Below, piece after piece: positions 9,618 to 17,958 of a stretch of 64,000 bases of DNA. Source of the DNA: Candidatus Bathyarchaeota archaeon (GTDB lineage: Archaea; Thermoproteota; Bathyarchaeia; Bathyarchaeales; Bathycorpusculaceae); contig CAWEPZ010000011.1 of the NCBI GenBank assembly GCA_963811105.1, positions 768,001 to 832,000 of the forward strand, in the 5' to 3' direction. The notes below the pieces were generated by a model. It worked only from the letters and a program-made list of their open reading frames with translations. It ran no database searches and was not told where the DNA came from. Both the position numbers and the translations under genes were made by a program. Positions within the stretch are counted from its first letter, which is position 1, and every line of letters starts with the position of its first letter.

Positions 9618-11270
9618 ATGAAACACGTTATGAAATGTTTAGTGCATAACGGCATATTCGTTCCGCCTTACGATTACAAAGGCTTCAGCGTTAAAATTAA
9701 CGGTCAAACATTAAAGTTGACGCCTAAAAGTGAGCAGATGGCGGTTGCATGGATAAGAAAATCGTTATCAACCGTATCTCCACCGGACACTGTTTTTAAG
9801 AAGAATTTTATGCGTGAATTCATAGATCAGCTGAAAAAAGATAATCCTTCGACAAGTTTCTTGGATGCGTTTTGCTCAAAGTATCTCGCTAGCATAGACC
9901 GGCTCTCATCATCTTCAAACACCAGCAACCAATCGTTTGATCAGGAAATTGATTTTACTCAAATCTGCAACTACATCGAAACAGAAAAGGCAAAGAAAGA
10001 AGCCTTAACTAAAGAAGTAAAAAAGCTCCAGGCAGAAGAACGCAAAGCTAAACGATTAGAATTCAAAGAAAAATATGGTTACGCCCAAGTTGACGGACAA
10101 AAACTGGAAATCGCCAACTGGACGTCCGAGCCCTCATGCCTTTTTGCAGGTCGCGGAGATCATCCGCAACGTGGAAAATGGAAGGACGGTCCAAGCGAAT
10201 ACGATATAGTTCTAAATTTGCCACCTGATATACCTGTTCCAGCGGGACATTGGAAAGGTGTGGTTTGGGAACCAAACAAGATGTATGTCGCAAAATGGGA
10301 AGACAAACTTACAGGCAAAATCAAGTACGTCTGGTTCAGCGATACAGCGTTTCTAAAACAGAACCGCGAGAAAGAGAAGTTCCAAAAAGCCGAAACCCTG
10401 GGGAAACAAATCAAAACCATCGAGCAGCATATCCTCAGGAACCTTAATGACAAGGATGAATTAAGGGCCAAAGTTGCAACAGTGTCATGGCTTATTTTGG
10501 TACCAAACATGAGAGTTGGCGACGAAAAAGACCCCGACGAGGCAGATACAGTAGGCGCAATCACACTCAGAGCTGAACACATCAAAATTGAAGGCGACGT
10601 AATCCACTTTGACTTCCTTGGCAAAGACAGCGTAAGATGGGACAAGAAATTCAAAGCCCCACCAGAAGTCATCCGAAACATACAGCGCTACATGGCAGAT
10701 AAGAGCAAACCATACCTGTTCGAAGGCATTGACTCTAAAACAGTCAGCCGCTTCCTATCAGAAAAAATGCCCAAGCTAACTGCTAAGGTTTTTCGAACTT
10801 GGCGATGTACAAAAACAGTTAGAGAAGAACTAGAAAAAAGCGGAGTCGTAAAAGAGGATCCAGACTACAAAAAGGTCTATGCCGCTAAAATGGCTAATTT
10901 CAAGGTTGCTGAAGTGGCAAATCACAAACGCAAAGTTCCGCCGACCTTTGAGAAGAGCTTAGCAAAAAAAGAAGCTAACCTTAAAGCGTTCGAGCAGCAA
11001 CTGGAAGTAAAGAAGGCATCAGGCAAAAAAACAGAATCACTTGAAAACAGAATCGAAAAAGCAAACCTGGATATCCAATTAGCAAAGTTAACCAAAGAAT
11101 ATAACCTTGGCACATCCCTAAAATCTTACATTGACCCGACAGCCTATGTGAAATGGGCAAAGAAAGTCAAATTCGACGTTGAAAAATTCTACCCCCAAAC
11201 ATTGCGAAACAAGTTTAGTTGGGCACTGAAAAGCAACAAGACACAAGCAACCGAGTGTATAACTGCATGA
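9618..11270 (+). CDS. top1: DNA topoisomerase IB (eukaryote-like Top1)
   Basis: L.HNG..., GRGDHP.RGKWK, MRVGDEK (catalytic R), DFLGKDS (K), TAKVFRTW (R), ANHKR (H) and LGTSLKSYIDP (Tyr nucleophile). Confidence 0.95.
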   Translation: MKHVMKCLVHNGIFVPPYDYKGFSVKINGQTLKLTPKSEQMAVAWIRKSLSTVSPPDTVFKKNFMREFIDQLKKDNPSTSFLDAFCSKYLASIDRLSSSSNTSNQSFDQEIDFTQICNYIETEKAKKEALTKEVKKLQAEERKAKRLEFKEKYGYAQVDGQKLEIANWTSEPSCLFAGRGDHPQRGKWKDGPSEYDIVLNLPPDIPVPAGHWKGVVWEPNKMYVAKWEDKLTGKIKYVWFSDTAFLKQNREKEKFQKAETLGKQIKTIEQHILRNLNDKDELRAKVATVSWLILVPNMRVGDEKDPDEADTVGAITLRAEHIKIEGDVIHFDFLGKDSVRWDKKFKAPPEVIRNIQRYMADKSKPYLFEGIDSKTVSRFLSEKMPKLTAKVFRTWRCTKTVREELEKSGVVKEDPDYKKVYAAKMANFKVAEVANHKRKVPPTFEKSLAKKEANLKAFEQQLEVKKASGKKTESLENRIEKANLDIQLAKLTKEYNLGTSLKSYIDPTAYVKWAKKVKFDVEKFYPQTLRNKFSWALKSNKTQATECITA

Positions 11271-11539
11271 GCGTTAAAGATGGTAAAGACGGCGCAATCA
11301 TCACAATTTATGTAAAACCCAACGCACCCAAATTCAGCATTCAGTTGAATGACGACGAAATCATAGTTCACAGTACCAAAGAACCAGTTAAAGGTAAAGT
11401 CAACGCGGAAATACTGAAGGAGTTTACGAAGCTCTTACATGTTAAGGTTGAGCTTATCGCTGGTGCCACTTCAAGACAGAAGCAGCTTCTTGTGAAAGGC
11501 TTAAGCAAGAGTCAAACAGAGCAGATTCTCCAGTCATAG
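11267..11539 (+). CDS. DUF167 / UPF0235 family protein
   Basis: IYVKPNA, EPVKGKVN and GATSRQK. ATGA overlap with the top1 stop. Confidence 0.85.
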   Translation: MSVKDGKDGAIITIYVKPNAPKFSIQLNDDEIIVHSTKEPVKGKVNAEILKEFTKLLHVKVELIAGATSRQKQLLVKGLSKSQTEQILQS

Positions 11540-11705
11540 TCACCATGATAGTCTCATAATATATCATAAATCGAAATATCCCTTTTAAGCAAAACAAAGA
11601 CATAAGACAATTGTAAAGAAATGTAATTCAAGGGAGAGGGGCAAACCCCTAACACCTTACCCCAATAAAAAGAGAAAATTTTTAGAACTAAGTATTCATC
11701 AAAAA

Positions 11706-12980
11706 CTATGTTTGCTGTTGTTTGAATCTGAGCATTGCCGCTATTCCGCCGAACGCGTTCTTGAGCATTTGTCCTTCTTCAGTTTCAGTAGAAATAATCT
11801 CCACATCGGTGTTTGACATTTCCGCAAGCTCAGCCAAGTCATCAATTACATCCTTCTTATCAACCACAGTTGTAGATGGGGCATTGCATTTTGTGCAAGG
11901 TTTCCCAACTAGGCTTTGCTCAAACGTGGCAGCTTCTTGACTTTTGAGCGTATGTTGCTCCTCGTAGCCGCATGCACTACATTTCACCGTTACACGCACA
12001 AGATCCAGGCTCTCAGACATAATAAGCAAACGAACTGCTCCAGATTTCAATAGCCTTCGGACTTCGGCTTCACCGTAAGTCATCATTCCGGTATCATGAC
12101 CAACCTCATAAAGGAATTTTTGCATGATTTCTTTCTCTTCAATGTAACGGACTTTTTTCATAATCTCTGGAGCTTTGTCCATCACTTCTTTAACACCCTG
12201 CTCTTCCACATAAGCTGTGTCAACGACATCGAGAACTTTGTCTTTCAATTGATAGTTCAGGTAGCCACCTTTCTCGAAATCATATTTGGTCGGCCCAGGA
12301 CCGCCCAAAATGATTCCTTTCAATGTGTCAATGGGCAAGAAAGTCTCGTTTGCATGCACTCCAACACGAGTAAAATATTCATTAAGCTGCATGTCCCGTA
12401 ATCTTTCATACCGACGGGCTGATTGCCCCCCTGCCTTAGTTTTACCCGTAACACCTGAATGCATTTGTCTCACAATATCTAGCCGTTTTCCTTGTAGGGT
12501 TGCAATGGTTGCGTTGTTGGCGTCCACCAACAAGATGCCGTAGGTTTCTTTCTCCCGCAGCATCTCCTGCAGATGCTCAGTGTGAAAACGTGAATCACAG
12601 CGATAAAGGAAAATTCTGATGGGTTCAGGCGGAACAATAACGTAGGCTTCCATACGTTCGGTACCTGGAGCAGCGCCATCTGCTAGAAGGGCACCAGTAA
12701 AGACGACAATGCCTTTTTCGCCTGGATCTTTGAAGAGTTTGAGTTTCTGCTGGGCTTTAGTGATGGCGTCTAACACGTTTTTGCGTGTAACGTTTGATTT
12801 TATGTTGCTTGCAGTTCCATATTCGTTGCGCAGAAGGTTGAGGGCGTCACTTATTTGTTTGCCAGGCGGAACGTAAACGGTGATAAGCTCGGTGTGGCTG
12901 CCCTCTTTGGTGGCTAGGGAATTAATCATTTTCCGCAATCTGAATAGTTCAAGGGACGATTTTTTCGCTGTACTCAACAT
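11706..12980 (-). CDS. prf1: Peptide chain release factor aRF1
   Basis: TASNIKS, YRCDSRF, GGQSARRY and GGIAAMLRF, with a CxxC...CxxC zinc-ribbon insertion. Confidence 0.97.
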   Translation of the reverse strand: MLSTAKKSSLELFRLRKMINSLATKEGSHTELITVYVPPGKQISDALNLLRNEYGTASNIKSNVTRKNVLDAITKAQQKLKLFKDPGEKGIVVFTGALLADGAAPGTERMEAYVIVPPEPIRIFLYRCDSRFHTEHLQEMLREKETYGILLVDANNATIATLQGKRLDIVRQMHSGVTGKTKAGGQSARRYERLRDMQLNEYFTRVGVHANETFLPIDTLKGIILGGPGPTKYDFEKGGYLNYQLKDKVLDVVDTAYVEEQGVKEVMDKAPEIMKKVRYIEEKEIMQKFLYEVGHDTGMMTYGEAEVRRLLKSGAVRLLIMSESLDLVRVTVKCSACGYEEQHTLKSQEAATFEQSLVGKPCTKCNAPSTTVVDKKDVIDDLAELAEMSNTDVEIISTETEEGQMLKNAFGGIAAMLRFKQQQT

Positions 12981-13061
12981 AATTCACTAAATATTGTCGT
13001 TTATTGGATAACTAACCTTAAAAGGAATCAAATAAAAGTTCCGACACAAAAAACGGAAGAA

Positions 13062-14079
13062 TTAAGCTTTTGGCTTAATTGGTGGTGCCGCTGTAGGCTC
13101 TGGCATTGGCGCCCCAATGGTTTCTCTAAGGTAAGCTTTAAACGGACCCAGCTTGCCACCATAGTTTCCTGACGAAATCTTGATTACGCCAGGCACACCG
13201 ATTGCTGCAGTTACACCCACTTTCATGCCCTTTTTAACCGCGTCAAGGGATAATCCGTTCATGACAATTTCGTAAACACAAGTCACACCTTCAGGAACAA
13301 CTGTATCAGGCACCAATGTGCGCAATGTTGGGCAGTACGGATGATTAGTTGAAGCCTTCAGTTTATATTTGAGGGAACCCGCTTTGCTTCCTGCTCGACA
13401 AACGCCTCCAGGAAACTGCATAATAACATCAGGAGCATTTGCACGAATGGCGTCAGCTGCTGCTTCAGCCGCTAAAAGGCCTGATGGCTGATCTTTCGCA
13501 AAAATCATAAAGTTGCCGCCAGCAACTGCCTCCATAGCGCCAAAACCATTTTCAACGATGAAGCTTCCTTCCATAACTGGAATCTTCCAACATTTTCTAC
13601 CGCCAACCATAGCTTTTTTCTGGAAGCCATCGCCGAAATAGCGTAGGCTGTTACCAACATCTAAAGTTCTTTTGCTCTTATCCAACCCGTTGAATGCTGC
13701 GGTTGTTGGACAAGTCAGGGTGCATTGACCTATACGCTGCATAAGTTGATGCTTGAGTTCAAAACGGTCACGATTATAAATTTGAATAAGTACTCCAGGT
13801 CTTTTGTCGGGTGTCTGATCTGCTGGAACAGCTTCGCTCGATTGCTGCTTCTGCAGTGGCTTCAATTACGCTTGTCGCAAAACCTATGGTTAAACTTGCA
13901 GCGATTTGAGCCCATTTTTCGTTTTGAGCGGTGATTAGAACTCTTCCTGCCCAAAGTCCGAACATTTCTGCAAAAGTATCTTGAACCTTCACGATATTTC
14001 CGTTGGGCGATTTTACAAGAAACATTTTTTCTTTTTCGTCAAAGCTTTGGATTTCAAGCGGACTATTGTTTGATGACAT
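13062..14079 (-). pseudogene. ftr: Formylmethanofuran--tetrahydromethanopterin formyltransferase, split by a 1-nt frameshift near 13833
   Basis: The N-part (VQDTFAEMF..RVLITA..GFATSVI..EAAIE) and C-part (TPDKRPG..RIGQCTLTCPTTAAF..YFGDG..GGNF..SSGNYGGKLG) lie in different frames. Removing one A from GAG CGA A GCT GTT joins them. Confidence 0.85.
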
Positions 14080-14634
14080 CGAAAGACCTCGCAGTTCAGT
14101 TAGGTATTGTATGATTTAAGAGTTTTCGTGAATGAAAGATGGTTCGTTCGTTTTCAAAGGTCATAATGTGAGATAATTAAAGACTTGCAGCATGATTGTT
14201 GTAATCAGGCGGGAAAAAATGTGGCAGTCACTTGATTACTTGAGTCTTTCTATCAACATAGTCACCAATCAGAGGAATTAGGAGGCATGCTAAGGCAAAT
14301 GATGGGAGAAAATAATTTCATAGTCCATTCACAGGAAGAATAAATGCGGCTAAGAAGAGGAGAGCTCCAGCTGATAGCGCCAATACTTTAAAACGGTGCT
14401 TAAACCAAAACTTAAAACTAAGAAGGGAACGGTGAATAGGACGACTCTTGCCCAAGTGCTCACTTGAAAACCGAAAGACGTTTTAAGAATACTGAGTAGA
14501 CTGATTGACCCGTCAGATTGAAGCGGGCGAACAAACTGGTAAGCAGCAACGCCATAAAAGAACTTGTATGGCGAAGAGACGAAAAAGGGCAAAATTATGG
14601 CGGCTGAAGCTGCTAAGAAATAGTGGGCGCTCTT

Positions 14635-15339
14635 TTACTTTTCTACTTTGATTATTTGGGGAATTTTTCCTCCAATGCCAACTTGGCCTTTATAGATTAT
14701 CATAACACCTTCTACACCCTCAATCGCCAAACCTCGGGCAATACCGACTTTTATTGCAATTTGCACATCTTCACCTTTAATTACATTTCCCACTGCTGTG
14801 GCGGCTGCATCTGCCAAGCTAGCTTTTTTGCAGAAAACTGTTGCCACCTCGGCATCACCAAAACTCAACGCATGACTAAATCGCCCTGAACTAGTTGCAA
14901 CACCTATTGGAAACTCTGTTAATCTAAACCCAAAGTGTTTTGAAAGTGGTTCGTCTCCAGCGGCAACTGCCACATCAACAGGCACATTTGATTGTGCCGC
15001 GATTTCTCCGCCATCTTCAACAACTGACACTTTACAGTCTGTTTGAGCCATGTCGTTGACTGCTAGGTCGACTATTGCTCCTGCCACTGCCGCCATAGGT
15101 CCAACGTCAGCTTTGGCAGCTGCTTCAGCCATCATCTTAGCTACTAGAGGTTTGTCAGGCGGGGGAATCGGCGTTAGGGTGTGGAGAAATTTGGGGTTTG
15201 CGCTGATGTATATTTCAAGTTCTTGCCTGTTGCGTTTAATTGATTCTATAGCAGCTTGAATGGCCTTTTGTTTATCAGAAATTATGGTGCATTGCGTTTC
15301 TTTTAGGGTAAAATTCTCTTTGAACAGGTTACGAGTCAT
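14635..15339 (-). CDS. UPF0280 / COG2122 ApbE-like protein (MA1715-like, sulfide mobilisation)
   Basis: DVGPMAAVAGA, VEDGGEIA, ATSSGRFSHALSFG and LADAAATAVGN. Overlaps the upstream ferredoxin gene. Confidence 0.88.
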   Translation of the reverse strand: MTRNLFKENFTLKETQCTIISDKQKAIQAAIESIKRNRQELEIYISANPKFLHTLTPIPPPDKPLVAKMMAEAAAKADVGPMAAVAGAIVDLAVNDMAQTDCKVSVVEDGGEIAAQSNVPVDVAVAAGDEPLSKHFGFRLTEFPIGVATSSGRFSHALSFGDAEVATVFCKKASLADAAATAVGNVIKGEDVQIAIKVGIARGLAIEGVEGVMIIYKGQVGIGGKIPQIIKVEK

Positions 15340-15767
15340 TTAATTTTTCCTGTTGTTGATTGTTCAGTATTATTTTGCTTGAGTGATTTTATGGCCCGGG
15401 CTGGGCATGCGTCAACGCAAGTGCTACATGTGCTGCCAAGACATTTTTCCTTGTCAAATTTAATGGATGAATCTTCTTCTATGCTTATGGCTTCCACGGG
15501 ACAAAGAGCGACGCAAGAGCCGCAGCTGAAGCATTTTTCGGAGTCTACTTCAATTAGTTTTGGAACGATTGCTAAGACGCCTTGGTCTCGGAAGGCTTTT
15601 ACGATTCTTTCCTGCTGATCATCTGGAACCTCAACCAGTATTTCTCCGCCTTTAGAATTCACGTGAGCAGCCAAAATAGCGATCGGCACTTTGTATTCGA
15701 GAATTATTTTCGATGCAATGGGTTGAGGCACTTGTTCTTCAGAGAACCTTAAAAGTATTCTTACCAT
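15336..15767 (-). CDS. NIL-domain 2[4Fe-4S] ferredoxin (MJ0099/MA1822-like subunit)
   Basis: N-terminal NIL-like domain, then CFSCGSCVALCP and CLGSTCSTCVDACP. Confidence 0.88.
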   Translation of the reverse strand: MVRILLRFSEEQVPQPIASKIILEYKVPIAILAAHVNSKGGEILVEVPDDQQERIVKAFRDQGVLAIVPKLIEVDSEKCFSCGSCVALCPVEAISIEEDSSIKFDKEKCLGSTCSTCVDACPARAIKSLKQNNTEQSTTGKIK

Positions 15768-15770
15768 GCT

Positions 15771-17273
15771 TTACCGTCCTAACAACTTTGACACGTCTTC
15801 TGAAGTGATTATTCCTAGCACTTTCTTTTCAATGTCGATCACTGGCAACGCTGAAATGTTGTGTTGAGCCATGCGTTTTGATGCAACTTCTAGTGGTTCA
15901 TCAGGTAATGCTGTGAACACATTGTGTGTTTCGATGTCGGCTAACGCTTTTTTGCCTTCCGCCATAGCTCGAGTAACATCCCAAGAGGTCACTATCCCCT
16001 TCAACTTGCCGGCATCATCAATCACAACTATGTGATTGACTGATTTGGTGACGATTCGATGAGCAATAGCTTGTATCGCCTCATCCTCAGTGCAGGTTAC
16101 TGCCTTGTGCATAACGCTAACAACGAATGGAATTTCTTCAGTTTGCCTCATCGGCTTGAACAATGTGTCAGTTGGCAGGCTCTCAATAGGTGAAGTTAGG
16201 AAGAAGGTGCCTTCTTCAATCCAAGACTTCAAGGTTTGTGAAACTTTTTTAGCCATCTTTAGGCTAGATAGAGAGCTTACTCTGACTTTTTTATCGTTAA
16301 TTGTGATTGAACCTGACTTTAGCTGTTTATAGCTTACTTGTCTTAGCTTTGGGCGGTCTCTACGAGGAACGCTATAGTCAACCACATCAGTCATTATTTC
16401 GCTGTCACGAATCGATGTTTTCTTAGCCAAACCTTCATTTAGAAGTGGAATTGGTATACCTAGCCCCACATAAAGTGAAGTGCCATAACGAGTGAAAGAA
16501 GCACCTTGCAAAAACTCGGGGGACATTTTCTTCGCGTCGCCTTTGACCATCAGAGTGCCGTTAAGGTTTTTGGGGCTGTGCTGTGTTCCTTCACCGATTA
16601 CGTAGCCTTGCGCCCCGCCTAGGAAAATTCTGGTGCCCAAACCAATGGTTTCGTAATTTGGGTCATTCATAAGCGGATTTAATTCTCCCGCTCCCGAAAA
16701 CGTTGCGTTTCGCAGTCTTGGCAAGAGTTTGCTCATGTAGGTATAAATTGTTTCATTGCTGGTATTTACTGCGCAGTTATATCGTTGGTAGCAATTGCGA
16801 AAATTCAGTAACTGAAACTGGTTTAAATCATCTTTCGTAATGTTTGTTTTAAGCTGAGTTCTCGGGTAACAGTCTGTTCCATAAGCTTCAGCCCGAAGCT
16901 CGACCTCTTTTCCAGCAACCAAATCTTGGATAAGATGTCCACCGCCATACTCGAAAGGCTGCTTTTCCGACATATGCGTTGCTCCAATAAAAAGATCCAC
17001 CGCGGCACCAGGATGGCAAACTTCAACATCATTCATCCAAGCGTGATCAATCTTTATTGGCGGATCAGAGTGCCCAAGGTTAACAACTGCACCAGAGGAA
17101 CACATGGCACCAAAAGTTCCAGTTGTTACCACATCAACTTCTTTATAGGCAACTTCAACACCGCTGGTTTCAACAAGTTTTTTCATTTCCTCAGCAGTTA
17201 AAACCTGAACGTCGCCTTTACGGATTTTATCGTTAATCTCTGCAACACTGCGGGTTTTAGTAAGTTTAGACAA
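15771..17273 (-). CDS. L-aspartate semialdehyde sulfurtransferase / homocysteine biosynthesis protein (DUF39 + CBS pair; MJ0100/MA1821-like)
   Basis: DVVTTGTFGAMCSSGA, YGGGH, YGTDCYPR, RNCYQRY and LGTRIFLGGAQG, with tandem C-terminal CBS domains. Confidence 0.92.
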   Translation of the reverse strand: MSKLTKTRSVAEINDKIRKGDVQVLTAEEMKKLVETSGVEVAYKEVDVVTTGTFGAMCSSGAVVNLGHSDPPIKIDHAWMNDVEVCHPGAAVDLFIGATHMSEKQPFEYGGGHLIQDLVAGKEVELRAEAYGTDCYPRTQLKTNITKDDLNQFQLLNFRNCYQRYNCAVNTSNETIYTYMSKLLPRLRNATFSGAGELNPLMNDPNYETIGLGTRIFLGGAQGYVIGEGTQHSPKNLNGTLMVKGDAKKMSPEFLQGASFTRYGTSLYVGLGIPIPLLNEGLAKKTSIRDSEIMTDVVDYSVPRRDRPKLRQVSYKQLKSGSITINDKKVRVSSLSSLKMAKKVSQTLKSWIEEGTFFLTSPIESLPTDTLFKPMRQTEEIPFVVSVMHKAVTCTEDEAIQAIAHRIVTKSVNHIVVIDDAGKLKGIVTSWDVTRAMAEGKKALADIETHNVFTALPDEPLEVASKRMAQHNISALPVIDIEKKVLGIITSEDVSKLLGR

Positions 17274-17958
17274 TTAGGCTTACCTTAATGCCAATCGAAA
17301 AGGAGCCGCGCGTTAATATTTTTTGTGCCATAATCAAGAAATTGCCCAAGTGCCGAAATCCAGGAACACCGATTTGGGCTTCAATCCCAACGGATACACT
17401 TATTGATTCGCTTAACGCATTACCCGAATTTATTGAAAAGCAAAACACAGAAAAAGAAGAGAAATGTCTAACGAGTTAGAAAATAATACCTACACGACCG
17501 TAACTATTTTTAACTATTGTCGAGGTAGAATTCGAACCCCAGATGAATAGCAAAAGTGATTGACATACCTGCTTATTCCGAAATTTAGTTAAGGGCGCTC
17601 TGGATACTAAAAGCAAAATTAATACAATATACAAAAAAAGAAAAGTGAAAGGTGTGCGGAAGATAAGAGACCGTCTATAAATCTACAAATCTTGGCTTAA
17701 AACACAAATGTGTAAGACTTCTTTCCGAAAGTGGAAATTCAATTGAAAATTATTCTGAGTTCGGTCTCCTTCCAAAAATAAAAGGTATCTATTACCTGAA
17801 CAATATTAAATGGGGTTTGCTGAAGCTTCATTAACTTAAGGAGAAAAGAACTTGAAAAACCCAACTACAATAGTTTCCAAGAACATGAAGCCTTCTCAGC
17901 CCCTTTCTTCTACCCTAAAAACAAAAAAAGGAAAGATTGGGTTTTATGCGTTTTCATT

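Noticed and set aside
14100-14620. Intergenic stretch with an 80-aa ORF and coding-like patches
   Set aside because: Interrupted by stops in the plausible frames, and no family could be recognised.
17288-17479. 63-aa ORF divergent from the homocysteine operon
   Set aside because: It starts only 14 bp from the operon start and overlaps its likely promoter. A faint resemblance to a HAD C-terminus is too weak to call.
17522-17542. GAATTCGAACCCC, resembling a tRNA T-arm or att site on the minus strand
   Set aside because: No acceptor, D or anticodon stems can be built, and I found no matching second copy at the other end of the array.
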